Under the pieces are notes generated by a model that had not been told where the DNA came from, did not search any database, and saw nothing but the letters and a program-made list of their open reading frames with translations. A DNA stretch of 64,000 nucleotides from Octopus sinensis. Its lineage: Eukaryota. Shown here one piece after another: positions 12,343 through 26,009 of this stretch. Position 1 is the stretch's first letter, and each line of letters opens with the position of its first letter. Location: assembly GCF_006345805.1 (NCBI RefSeq), contig NC_043013.1, forward strand, positions 33,790,001 through 33,854,000. Reading direction: 5' to 3'. The translations under genes were made by a program, and so were the position numbers.

Positions 12343-12412
12343 CTACATCACATAGGCGGTGCTCCAGCATGGCCGCAGTCAAATGACTGAAACAAGTAAA
12401 AGAGTAAAAGAG
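12343..12412 (+). mobile_element. SINE family A, 3' tail fragment
   Basis: GGCGGTGCTCCAGCATGGCCGCAGTCAAATGACTGAAACAAGTAAAAGAGTAAAAGAG. Confidence 0.8.
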
Positions 12413-12722
12413 TATATCTATAGACAACGTATGAAAGACACAACACCTTACTAAAACAAAATATAGAAAACAGTAAAATCTTTGTCGTATGAGCACCAAA
12501 GAGTCAAAATAAATCTCCACCAACTAAAGTCTGCATGAAGTTTTATATTCCTGGGCGCCACGTATACCCCTGTGAGAAAGTGATGAACGTAAATCACGAA
12601 ATATCGTCCTTCCTCTTTATAATTTTATGGTCTTATGCTTAAATAATCGATATAGATTTTATACTTTTCTTTCTCTTCCCTTTCGTCTTTCTATTTTTCA
12701 TAGTACTTTCTCTCTCTCTCTT

Positions 12723-12754
<32 letters not shown>

Positions 12755-12968
12755 CTCTCTCTCTCCTCTCTCTCTCCTCTCTCTCTCCTCTCTCTCTCCT
12801 CTCTCTCTCCTCTCTCTCTCTTCTCTCTCTCCTTCTGTCTAGTTTTATAGCTCTCTCTGTTTTTATAACTTTCTGTTCATCTTTAACATCATTTTTTCTT
12901 TACTTCCACATTGTCCTACTTTTCCTTTAATATTTTCTTGAATTTCCGAGTACCAACTCTCAACTTGC

Positions 12969-13025
<57 letters not shown>

Positions 13026-14829
13026 CTATATCTATCTATCTCTTTGTAACTATCTTTCGAACTATCTTTGTTTCTCTCTCTCTCACATCAATTCTCTTCT
13101 ATCATTGCTTTAACCTTCCTTTCACTCATCCCCTCTTTCTTCTTTGAATAAGCTAACTCACAACTAAAGACCAAACAGCAGACATTGGAATTGGCCCACA
13201 AACCACAATGGATGATGGTTGATAAGATAATTCAAACAAAATAGACACACACGCTCTATGCAAACATACATTTTCACAAGAAACTAACCAGACCTACGTA
13301 TATATACATATATGTATGTGTGTATGTGTGCATATATATGTGTGTATATATAATATAGAGGGAGAGTTGAGGAGAAACATTATACAAATAGCATCAAATA
13401 TATTGAGAAAAAAACAAGCAATTCAAAACTACATAAAACAAAACACTTATACACACGTCATACACACTTATCTGTATGTATGTATGAATATATATATATA
13501 CGTACGTATTTATTTATATGTGAATGTACGTATGCGCGTATACGTCTATACGCATGTTTGTGTCTGCGAGAGTGTATTTATTTGTTTGTATGTGTGTGTG
13601 TGTGTGTGTACATATGAATATACATACGTACTATGAATATACACACGTACATTTACGCATTTACACAAGAGAAAGTTCCAAAACTGCCAGAAATATATTC
13701 CTCAACTTTGCCAAACCTATGTCACCAGCTCCAAACACCTCAACACCAATCCTTCGCCCACCATCCCCAATGTTCCACAACTCTCTACACACCACCATCA
13801 CCATCACCGCCACTTTCAATGCCACACCTGTCAGAGATAAGGTATACAGGGACAATTTTCTGCTTCTTTTTTTTTTATTTATATTTTATTTTAATACACT
13901 ATAGAGGCAACATGTTCAGTGATGCAAATATAATAAGATTGTGATGTGCATCAGTTTGCGATTATGTATGTGGGTGAGGGAAAAAGAATGAGCGCAAGAG
14001 AGAGAAAGCGAGAAGAAGAAAGAGAGGGTGAGAGAGAGAGAGAAAGAACAAACGTAAGAGTGAGAGAGGATGGGAAACAGAGACAAGGTGGGTGGGAGGA
14101 GAGAAAGGGAGAGAAAGAAAAAAGAGCGTGTGTTGGGACGTGAAAGAAAATGAGAGGATATACAATAGAATGAAACTGCATATCATCCCTGTACCTCGTT
14201 GTCCTTTCTTCAATTCTTAATCGCTCTCTTTCTCTCTCTCTCTCTTTCTCTCTTTTCGCGTACACACATTGCATTCGCTCTCCTGCACACATACACACAC
14301 ATAATCTTTCTACCCATCTTGCTCTCCCTCTCTCTCACTCTCTCTCTCTCTCTCTCTCTCTCACTCACTCACACACACACACACACTCACTCACACAAAT
14401 ATATTGACAGATAACGAGAGAAGAATGGACCATACTTAACAGCGAATAATCTCTAGATGTTTTTGCCTACGCGATTGTGTGTGTGAGTGAGTGTATGTGT
14501 GTATGTGTGTGTACATGTATGAGTCTTTACATAACAAATACTTAAATAATACTGTATATATTCTCTCAGTACGTAGAGAATATATATATATATGATATAT
14601 ATATATATATATATATATAGTGAACCGCTAAACTCTACCCCTTTCTTTCATTCTTTGTATATTTCCTCTTATTTATTTCTGTTAAAGAGCGTAGGCTCGA
14701 AACGTAAAAGATTTTTTTCATTTTTCCCGAGCGTCAAATTTCTCAGATTATTATTGCGGCGTTCTTCAGCTTTTCTAAGCCCTTTAGCAGAGCATGAAAT
14801 GTTGGGCATCTACCCAGCCGTTGCACGGA

Positions 14830-14866
14830 ACTCTTAAAGCCAGGAAATTTTCAGCACACCCTCGTG
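14830..14866 (-). mobile_element. Isolated mariner-like TIR remnant
   Basis: Minus strand reads TACACACGAGGGTGTGCTGAAAATTTCCTGGCTTTAAG, resembling mariner (TA)CGAGGG...GAAAAGTTCC TIRs (family recalled, not searched). Confidence 0.45.
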
Positions 14867-14940
14867 TGTATGCTTGTATGCATATATATATATATATATA
14901 TATAAACAACTTAAAAACAAGGGCAAAAGAAAAAAAATTC

Positions 14941-15075
14941 TAGACACATCGTCCATAACCATATAATTCATCACTATAAGCACGCGTCTCGAAGAAAGCC
15001 GACAGAAATTTCTAAAAAATTCCGTTATCATATCGGACCCGATTTCTGAATTAATTCATAAGAACCTTAAATTGA
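14941..15075 (-). mobile_element. Partial copy of hammerhead-bearing repeat family F
   Basis: Reverse complement matches 17593-17735 (AAGGTTCTTA..GAA...GAAATCGG.TCCGATATG...ATAACGGAATTTTTTAGAAATTTCT.TCGGCTTTCTT). Confidence 0.8.
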
Positions 15076-15090
15076 GAATTTAAAGCACTT

Positions 15091-15253
15091 AGTAGTGGCT
15101 GTGTGGTAAGTAGCTTGCTAACGAACCACATTGTTTCCGAGTTCAGTCCCACTGCGTGGCACCTTAGGCAAGTGTTTTCTACTATAGCCTCGGGCCGACC
15201 GAAGCCCTGTGAGTGGATTTGGCAGATGGAAACTGAAAGAAGCCCGTCGTTTT

Positions 15254-15333
<80 letters not shown>

Positions 15334-15565
15334 TGTGTGTGTGTGCGTATGTGTATTTTTGTGTGTCGGTGTTCCACCCCCCACCAAACATCGCTTGACA
15401 ACCGATGATGGTGTGTTTACGTCCCCGTAACTTAGCGGTTCGGCATAAGAGACCGATAAAATAAGTACTAGGATTACAAAGAGTAAGTCCTGGGGTCGAT
15501 TTGCTTGACTAAAGGCTGTGCTCCAGCATGGCCACAGTCACATGACTGAAACGAGTAAAAGAGTA
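15091..15565 (+). mobile_element. SINE family A, full length
   Basis: Head TGGCTGTGTGG / GAGTTCAGTCCC, internal (TA)n(TG)n, tail. Confidence 0.9.
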
Positions 15566-15665
15566 AGTCTGCTCATGCAAGAACGCGAACTCGCTATCTC
15601 AATGAGACCGTATTAGGCACTGATATTCGGTTTTGCGCACAAAGGTTGCAATGTGTATGGTTTTG

Positions 15666-15723
<58 letters not shown>

Positions 15724-15982
15724 TTTTCCGTAGGCTTTTCTTTCCACGGGTAAACCTCACCTGTCCTCCCCTTTACACTTCATATTGACATTTCTGTGAT
15801 TACGATCCCTATTGATCAACTTTTTTTCCTCTCCTCTTCCCCCCCTTTTTTGTCCTCTTTCTTTCCTTTTACGATCCGTTTTGATCGAAAACCAGCCCCC
15901 TTTTTTTACCCCCAAAAGAAAAGCTCTACCTTGTAATTTGTTCTGTCTGTGTGCAGCCCTGTGTGGCTAATAAAGAAGCACA

Positions 15983-16049
<67 letters not shown>

Positions 16050-16343
16050 GTATCTATCTATCTATGTATCTATCTATCTATCTTTACACACACACGCGCG
16101 CGCACGCGAAAACACACACGAACACTCACACATACACAAACGAAAAATGTGTATGTATGTTTTGACTCTTGTCTGAAGTGAAAACGAAAGTATCATTTGT
16201 TTATAATTGACGCAATATAGATAACGAGTAACAACTAGAAACACCCATTTTATTACTTATCTAAAAAGGTATTTAATTGATAAAACACAGTGTCTAGTAT
16301 ACCAAAGAATATGATAGTATGCCTAATGCTGGATCACCTTGAT

Positions 16344-16730
16344 CTATGGAGCACTCCGTCGGTTGCGACGATGAGGGTCCCAGCTGATACGATCAACGGA
16401 ACAGCCTGCTCGTGAAATTAACGTGTAAGTGGCTGTGCACTCCACAGACACGTGTACCCTTAACGTAGTTCTCAGGAAGATTCAGCGTGACACACAGAAT
16501 GTGACAAGGCTGGCCCTTTGAAATACAGGTACAAGAGAAACAGGAAGTAAGAGTGAGAGAAAGTTGTGGTGAAAGAGTACAGCAGGGATCACCACCATCC
16601 CTGCCGGAGCCTCGTGGAGCTTTAGGTGTTTTCGCTCAATAAACACTCACAATGCCCGGTCTGGGAATCGAAACCGCGATCCTCCGACCGCGAGTCCGCT
16701 GCCCTAACCACTGGGCCATTGCGCCTCCAC
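16344..16730 (-). mobile_element. SINE family D (tRNA-Arg-like head), full length with 13-bp TSD
   Basis: Minus strand GGAGGCGCAATGGCCCAGTGGTTAGGGC...GTTTCGATTCCC (A and B boxes). Direct repeat GGATCACCTTGAT at 16331-16343 and 16731-16743. Confidence 0.92.
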
Positions 16731-17285
16731 GGATCACCTTGATAAATACATTGCATTCACATACAAGTACACACGTGATCATATATATTAGACATAGGCT
16801 AGTGCAATGGTTAAGAAGTTCAATTCGTAATAACGAGGGCTCAGGTGCGATCTTACTCAATGACATTTTCTATCTTATTGGATTGAATTAAACTTTGTAA
16901 GTAAAACCGAGTGTGCGCAGGCTGTACAGAAAGCTGTCAGATAGATTATAACTAGTAAAATGTAATAGAAGTAACCAGTGCCATTTTCGACGCGGGAACT
17001 GGTAACCACTATTTTCTTTTAGTAAGGATATTCCTTAATTCTTCGATTGGTAGCTACTAATATCCTTTGAGGCTATTCCGTATTTCTTGTTCTCTGAAGA
17101 GCGTATAATCGGCTTATAAGAAAATCTTTGCCCAATGACCTATACACCACGTGCAATGCTGTAAGAGACTTTATGCATTATTTCTTATTTCCTTATTTAG
17201 TGTAGCAACTCTGTAAATATGTTTGAATTATTAAATATCTATGAAGCAACATCACCAGTTTTTGCTGTTCATACTTTCTTATATA

Positions 17286-17334
<49 letters not shown>

Positions 17335-17506
17335 CGCTCAAACGATGACCCACTTATAGCTACATTTAGGCAACTACAACACCACTTTTGTTTTAGCTGC
17401 AATTCAACTCGTAGATTTTAGTGGTAAACCAACTCGAGCACTTAACGTACAACCCTAATACATTACGTCATTAGACGGAATATATGTATATATATATATA
17501 TATATA

Positions 17507-17760
17507 ATTGTGCTCGTGGCTTAGTGCTCGGTTCTTCCATGGGTATAAGTATTTCACTTATTTCTTCTACCGCATTTATCACTGATGAAGAGAAGGTTCT
17601 TACGAACTAACTCTGAAATCGGCTCCGATATGGTAATAACGGAATTTTTTAGAAATTTCTATCGGCTTTCTTTGAAACACGTGATTGTAGTGATAAATTA
17701 CATGGTTATTGACGTAGTGTCTTTTTTCGGCATATTTAGGCATTAGAAAATTTTTTTTTT
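17507..17760 (+). mobile_element. Repeat family F (unclassified, hammerhead-bearing)
   Basis: Second copy at 14941-15075 on minus. The boundaries are approximate. Confidence 0.6.
17570..17642 (+). ncRNA. Type I hammerhead ribozyme candidate with an intact catalytic core
   Basis: Stem I TTATCA(17576-81)/TGGTAA(17631-36) plus CCG/CGG. Core CTGATGA at 17582-88. Stem II AGAG/CTCT plus GGTTC(ttac)GAACT. GAAA at 17615-18. Stem III ATCG/CGAT. AUA triplet with predicted cleavage 3' of 17630. Confidence 0.7.
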
Positions 17761-18167
17761 GCTCTTACTTATAAATTATATATATATGTGTGTGTGTGTA
17801 AGCAAACACGTATGTGTACAAACACTGCTAATAGGTTGCGCATCACCACAAAGCTCTTCGTGTATTTCTCAATGTAGTTGTCTAGCTTACTTTACACCGT
17901 CTGTCTTGGTCAACCACAACCTACTAATCAATTACACATACACGTTCACTTTCTCACTCATCTGCACGTTGACGTACACACACACTTGCATATCCGTACC
18001 CAGACACACACTCACACACACATGCCTATCTCCGTGAGTGTGTGATTCTTTTATGTGAACAAGATATCACCTAATAAAATTGATACTCTAAGCAAATTGG
18101 CGTGTTTGCGTATATACATACATACACGTACATACAAACATACATATACACACATATCACCTATATA

Positions 18168-18213
<46 letters not shown>

Positions 18214-18217
18214 ATAT

Positions 18218-18610
18218 ATTGTATTGGCTCTTGCCTTTCCATTAGATAACACCGGTGGCGTGGAGAGGGGGCTGTATGCATGGGCGACTGCTGGTCTTCC
18301 ATAAACAACCTTGCCCGGACTTATGCCTGGGAGGGTTACTTTCTAGGTGCAATCCCATGGTCAGTCATGACCGATGGAGGTCTCTATATATATATTATAT
18401 CACATTCATATATATACATATATACATACATATATATGCTGAGACCCCCACCGGTCATGACTGACCATGGGATTGCACCTAGAAAGTAACCCTCCCAGGC
18501 ACAAGTCCGGGCAAGGTTGTTTATGGAAGACCAGCAGTCGCCCATGCATACCGGCGTACCCTCTCCACGCCACCAGTGTTATCTAATGGAAAGGCAAGAG
18601 CCAATACAAT
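18218..18610. repeat. Inverted repeat of the SINE family E 3' half (arms 18218-18384 and 18441-18610) around a TA-rich spacer
   Basis: The arms are near reverse complements with few differences. Confidence 0.92.
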
Positions 18611-18750
18611 TTGGGGCACCAGTGACGTCGCAACTCATTTCTACAGCTGAGTGAACTGGAGCAACGTGAAATAAAGTGTCTTGTTCAAGAACACAACACA
18701 GAGCCCGGTCCGAGATTCGAACTCACAACCTCACGATCGTAAGCTCGATA
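18441..18750 (-). mobile_element. SINE family E, nearly full length
   Basis: Minus strand has B box GAGTTCGAATCTC followed by GTTGTGTTCTTGAACAAGACACTTTATTTCACGTTGCTCCAGTTCACTCAGCTG, a SINE central-domain-like sequence. Confidence 0.75.
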
Positions 18751-18767
18751 TATATATATATATATAC

Positions 18768-18800
<33 letters not shown>

Positions 18801-19331
18801 CAACGTCCTTACATGGTCAATAGAACCAAGTACAGCTGAGAATACTGCGCTGAAGCCCTTTCTCTGTCCACTTTCTTCCAGCTGTTACATCCTGCAGATT
18901 CTTCTAATTCGAAGGTGTGGCGATGAAGACGGCGTTTGCGTTCGCTACTGACTATATGGGGGTGCGGGGGCAAAGATAAAGTGAAGTTTTAATGCATGCC
19001 GGTAGTAAATCTTCCTCAAATGTAAATGGCAAACGAAGTATTTGTCTTACTGCAATCCTCTTTCGTCTATTCTGAATGTCCCAGATGGCAAGCTGGCGGA
19101 ATCAGACCCGACAGCGCATGAGACGAAATGTTTACGGCATGTCTACCGTTTTTTATTTTCTTCTTTTTCTTTTTTTTTTTTTGCTATGTTCTCATTTCCA
19201 ATAGAAGCATGATTAAAATTTATCCTTTTGGAGGTCGATAAAATCAAGTAGCAGGCAAATACCGGGGAACATACAATCGATAACAAACCCTCTAAAATTG
19301 CCGGTTTTGTGACAAAATTTGAATGAATATA

Positions 19332-19533
19332 AGGCGGCGAGGTGGCAGAAACGTTAGAGCGTCAGACAAAGTCTTCAGTGGGAATTTTGCCGATCTGAGT
19401 TCAAATATTGCTGAGGTCCATTTTATCTTTCAACATTTCGAGTTCGATAAAATAATAACCAGTTGAGCACTAGGGTTTATGTAATCACCTCACGCCCTTC
19501 TCCTGAAATTGCTGGCATTGTGCCAAAATTTGA
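19332..19533 (+). mobile_element. SINE family B
   Basis: GGCGGCGAGGTGGCAGAAACGTTAG...GAGTTCAAATATTGC...GCTGGCATTGTGCCAAAATTTGA. Confidence 0.8.
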
Positions 19534-19893
19534 TGGAATCCTACGTGTGTGTATGTATGTGTGTATGTACGTATACATATATATATATATATATATATAT
19601 TCACAAACATATATAAATATATATATATTTATATATATTTATATAAATGGATGGAGAGAGAGAGAGACAGGGTGAGATACATAGAGAAATAAGAATGCCT
19701 ACATAGATATAGACACGTCTTGAGACGTATGACGTATATTTCTTTGATTGAGTATTGTCTTAGAATATGAGAACAATGTTTTAAATGTATATAATTATCA
19801 CGAATTACTTCTTGTATTATAGCGAAGTACTACATTTGTGACAGTGAAATCCATCTACTTTCATATATACATACGAACGTACAGTATATTCTA

Positions 19894-19936
<43 letters not shown>

Positions 19937-20014
19937 TATTTGTGTATGTGTGTGTGAGTACATAGATATATGCATATGTTTAAATGCAGATACATACATA
20001 TAATACATGCATAC

Positions 20015-20060
<46 letters not shown>

Positions 20061-20929
20061 ATACAGATATAATTATAAACAAATATCTATATAGTATACA
20101 CTATGTGCATAATCATGAGCAGATATCTTATTATTATATATATCTGCATACATATGCAAAAATGTGTATTGTTATGTATATATCTATATATATATAATAT
20201 ATATATATTATATATATACTATATAATGATTGATATGTATGCACGCGCATATACATGAACATACATACGCATACATCTATATATAAATACATGCTCACCT
20301 ACAAGTACACATACACTTGTACAATGGAGTTGAACCGCGAGATAAATACATATTTACTATCACAAAGCCTAAAGGAAAAAGGATAAAAGGTAATGTGAAT
20401 AATTGGTGATAACTACTGATGATGATGATGATGGTTTTGTTGGTGATGAAATTGCAGCAAGATTGGTAATGAGGTGATGCGTGTAGACTGGCCGAGCAGT
20501 TAGAGGCAGAAGACTCGATTAAAAGAGAAAAAAAAAGCCAGAAAATATCATGTGACATATGTAAATATATATGTACTGCGTGAGTGTTTATGAGCGTGTA
20601 GTTATGGGTATAACATATATATATATGTGTGTGTGTATACACATATATATGTATGTATTTATATTATATGCGCGTATGTATTGATATTATATGCGCGTAT
20701 ATATATATATGCGTGTATTTACATTAAATAAGCATTTATGTATACATTTATATATGATAATTTATATGTATGTATATATATACGTATATATGTATGTAGA
20801 GAGAGAGAGAGAGGGGAGAGGGAGAGAGAGAACGTGCGTGAGTGTGCACATATGTATACATTTACATATATTAATATATATATGTATATACAGAGAGTAT
20901 GTGTGTGTGAGAGAGAGAGAGTGATAAAG

Positions 20930-21126
<197 letters not shown>

Positions 21127-21849
21127 TGTGTATATAAGAAATATATGTACATATATGTATATGCGTGTGTATGTTTGAATATACCTTTGAATATATGTAT
21201 ATACAAATGTGGGAGAGTGGGAGAGAGAGAGAGACAGACAGACATGTAAAAGCCGGTAGATAATCAAAGACATAGCACTGACGAAGAAAAGAAAGAAGAA
21301 ATGGAGAGTGAGTGAGAGAGAAGGAGACAGTAATTGGGAGAATGAGTGAGTAAAAGGGTGAGAGAGAGACATGTCATCTTAATTCTCTTGATGTAAAATT
21401 AAATATGAAATCTACGTGAAAAACATTAGTTTAATTGAAGCGAGGTTAAGAGCACTTCCTGCCCATACAATACCCACAAGGAGACTTCCATTTATAAGCC
21501 TTGCTTTTACGTTAAAATGAGGGAACTCTTTTGATTTTAAAGAGAATCATTCGTATACACTCAAACTATCACACAAGAAATTAACATCAACTATTTGTTT
21601 CTTCTTCTCGTGTTCTAGTTCTTCTTCTTCTTTTCCGTGCCATTCTCTCTTCTTCTCCTTCTCCACACTCTCTTTATCTCTCTCTCTCTCTCTCTCTCTG
21701 GTGCTATGGTCTTTCTCCTGGTGTGTCACTAAATGTTCATTATTTGTTAGTACGATGAATGTGCGTCTATGTGTGTGATTGTGTGTATGTAATATCTTTG
21801 ATTGTGTAAGTAATACGCAAATGTGAGACGAGATGATGAAGTAAAGAGG

Positions 21850-21902
<53 letters not shown>

Positions 21903-22522
21903 TGTGTGTGTGTGTATGTATGTATGTATACTTGTATGTGTATATACGGTTCATATGTGCATCTATACACAAACACATATATATATCTCCATACATATAT
22001 ACATATGTTGGCATCTCCTTCCCGCCCTCTCTCCATACACATACACACATACAAGTATATATGTGTGAATTTACATACCTATATGCATACATGTTAGTCT
22101 CTATTTGTGTGTGTGTGTGTGTGTACATATGTCATGTCTACTTATGAATATAAGACCTTAGATAAAAAGATAATTGCAAGAAATTGTATATTGAATATAG
22201 ATGTACATACTGCACGTGAGAGAGTATGAGAAACAGAGAGATGCTCAGAAAGTGCAAGAGAAATCAAAGAGGAGAAGATAGACACTATGATGTGTACAGA
22301 GAGGGAAAGTGAGAGAGAGAGAGAGAGAGAGAGAACATAAGATGGTGAGAAAGAGGCTGAGAAACTGTCTTTGTAATTGCATAAAGACGTTTATTATTGT
22401 AGTCAGCAAACACACCACACACATGCATACATTCATATACACACATATAAACAAAAGGAAAGAAAGACATGTAAACATATACATGCCTACAAGTACATGC
22501 ACACACACATATATGAGTGTGT

Positions 22523-22566
<44 letters not shown>

Positions 22567-22832
22567 TTTGCACACAAATGTACTTGTGTGTGGCACTTGA
22601 GTTTGTAGCAATAGATATACAATTACCCCATACACACACAAAACGTTCAGTGAATTCATTTATATTGCATGTTTATGTGAGTTTGTATGTGTAAAACGTG
22701 TGTGCGTCTAAGAACGAGAAAGATGGTGTGAAATATATATATATGTATTTGTGTATATGCATGTATATATATATATATATATATATAATGGTGTGTGTGT
22801 GTGTGTGTGCATAAATATATATATATAGATAC

Positions 22833-22881
<49 letters not shown>

Positions 22882-23093
22882 ATGAGAGAGAGAGAGAGAG
22901 AGAAAGCGTGTACGGAGACCACGAGAAAGAAATTTGATGAGCGTCTTACAGTGAAGGAGAAGAATGAGGCAGAGTATGACAGAAATTCTAAGTGAGATAG
23001 ATATTGAAATGAAGAGGAGGAGGGGTATGGCTTTCTTGGTGCAGTTGGAAGTCAGTAAGTATAAGAAAAGATTGGTTTATGTGTATGTATGAC

Positions 23094-23126
<33 letters not shown>

Positions 23127-23241
23127 ATGTATTTATGTATATATATATATATATATGTATGTATGAATGTATTTATGTGTATATATATATGTATGTATGT
23201 ATTTATGTATATATATTCATCTATGTATGTATTTATGTATA

Positions 23242-23277
<36 letters not shown>

Positions 23278-23944
23278 TTTATGTATATATGTATGTATGT
23301 ATGTATATATTTATGTATGTATGTATCTATGTATATGCCCCTACCATACACATGCATGTATGTATTTTTTTCTCTCCTATGTATACGTATGTGTGTATAC
23401 GTATGCATTGGAAGTATATACGCTTGCATTTCTGCTGGCCTATATGACTGGCTTGCTGTAGGTATGCAGATGTATGCGTGTGAGTATGCCATACTTATAT
23501 GATTACGTATGTAAGATATTTCAGTTTCTGAGTGGAAGGTATAGGGAGAGCGAAAAGACCAACAGTGAAACAAAGAAAGAGTCGAAGAGGTTGTAGAGGA
23601 TGATGTGATGGTGATAGTATGAGGAGAAAGACTGTGGGAGGGGACGAGATAGAAAGAAAATTTGTAATTGCAAACATAAGTGTATGATTGGAAAGAAGTG
23701 ATTCATGTTTACCAATATATTTGTGCGCGTGTGTGTGTGTGTGTGTGTGTACCTATGTCTATGTACCTGTATGAGCGCGTGTAAGCAGGGATGTGAATGT
23801 GTTCGAATATGTGTGTACATGTGAATGGAAGTACATGTGAATGGAAGATGGAGAAAAAAGACAAGAAAACGAACAGGTACTTTAATTTCTACACATAAGT
23901 ATTTGCTACTATCGGAGAGATAATTTGGCATCATTGTCAATGAG

Positions 23945-24143
<199 letters not shown>

Positions 24144-24479
24144 ATATATATATGTATGTATGTATGTATATGTATAATCGTATATTGCGTTTGTTCGTAA
24201 GAACGCTTCCAATACTCAATACTTGAAGAAAATAAAGTGTGTTATATTCTTTTATTCGTTACCAGTTTACAGAGATAATCATTAGTTGTGAACAAATCAA
24301 CTAGGATCGAAACAGAATTGACTTTGTAATCTAATCACCTATAACATTATATATATATATATATATATATAATAATATATATATATATATATATATTAGA
24401 ATGTCTGTGCGAATACATATGTGAGAATAGAAAGAGTGTGTGTGTGTAGAGAGAGAAAGAAAGAGTGTTCGTTAGATAA

Positions 24480-24536
24480 TACAGTATTACAAGTTTCATG
24501 CCCCGTTGAAACGAAGCAATCTTCAGACAATAAAGA
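24480..24536 (-). ncRNA. Degenerate minimal hammerhead-like motif
   Basis: Minus strand TTGT-CTGAAGA-T-TGCTTCGT(ttca)ACGGGGCA-T-GAAA-CTTG-TA-ATAC: 8-bp stem II (two G.U pairs), GUA triplet, weak stem I. Confidence 0.4.
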
Positions 24537-24804
24537 CAATTGCTTTCAGTTAAAATTCAGGAAATGTCTGACTAAAAAAAAACCAGTGGTTTTGTTAATT
24601 GTATGCTGTTTTTGAATACGTTGTAAAAGGCAAATTTTAATTTTATCAGAAGTACGTTGTTTTGCTTTCTATATTTAGAGAAGTATGGGTCGTAACAAAT
24701 ATTAAATATTTCTGTGTCTGTATGTGTTTGTCTAATATTAATAAAGAGCATAAAACTATGCAACATTTCATTTATAGAAATTATAGCATTAATCATACAG
24801 GCAC

Positions 24805-24987
24805 AGGAGTGGATGTATGATAGGAAGCTTGCTTCCCAATCACATGGTTCTGGGTTCAGACCCACTGCGTGGCACCTTGGGAAGGTGACTTCTACATTAG
24901 CCTCTGACCAACTAAAGCTTTGCGTGTGAATTCGGTAGACGGAAACTGAAAGAAGTACCGTCGCATATACATATATATATATAATAT

Positions 24988-25042
<55 letters not shown>

Positions 25043-25297
25043 ATATATATATATATATTATATATATATATATGTATGTATGTATTTGTGTGTCTATGTT
25101 TGTCCCCCCACCATTGCTTGACGACCGGTGTTGGTGTGTTTACGTCCCCGTAAACTTAGCGTTTCGGCAAAAGAGACCGATAGAATTAGCTCTAGGCTAA
25201 CAAAGAATAAGTGCTGGGATCGATTTGTTCGACTGAAAGCATTGCTCCAGCATGGCAGCAGTCAAAATGACTGAAACAAGTAAAAGAATTAAAAGAA
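24805..25297 (+). mobile_element. SINE family A, full length
   Basis: Colinear homology to the other A copies, with an expanded internal (TA)n. Confidence 0.88.
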
Positions 25298-26009
25298 TCT
25301 GCATATTTTTTATATTCTACGCCCAAATCAGTTCCATTCTGCTTTCAGTTTCGAAAATCTTGCCAGTTTTGTGGTTGATTTTTAGCACTAAATATACTCT
25401 AATCGAACAGAAATAGGGTGAAACAATTCTAGTCGTGACCAACCTGTCTGTTCTTTTCTGAGTTAGTGTGTCTAAGCTAGAGTTATCCAATGTCTCCTTC
25501 CTATTTTACAGAAAGGCAGGGAGTAATTTAAGTGAACTATAACTGTTATTTCTAGCACAGCAGTGACCGTGCATAACTTTTCACTGGATCGTATTAGCTA
25601 CGTTGATTTCTAGTGTTTTCATTTCTTGAGTTGATTTAGCTCCTATTTAATCCTATTTGAGCAGACTTGCAGTCGAAAGTGTTCCCATAGAATGTTATCC
25701 TCTCTTACTTCCAAGCATATCATAACGAAGATTAAATTTCTTTACGTCTAATTCCCTCTCTAAGACAATGAGATATCATATGATGGTCATTTAGTTGATA
25801 TTTCTACGATATTGAACGCACCTACAATAAGGACCACTCACTGGAATGTCTCAAACGATTTATGATTCGTCGATAAGATTATTTTTCAAACTTCAGAGAC
25901 TAATGTCTTACACAGAAGTAGAATTATGCTACATCAGTTAATGCAGCAGTAATTAAAATAGCAGTCAAAGCGGTAGTTAATAATTATTTCATTTTTTTTT
26001 CGCAAGGGA

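Noticed and set aside
16655-16728. tRNA-like sequence (also the heads of families A, B and C)
   Set aside because: No complete acceptor stem, and each continues into a SINE body with a TSD. These are SINE heads, not tRNA genes.
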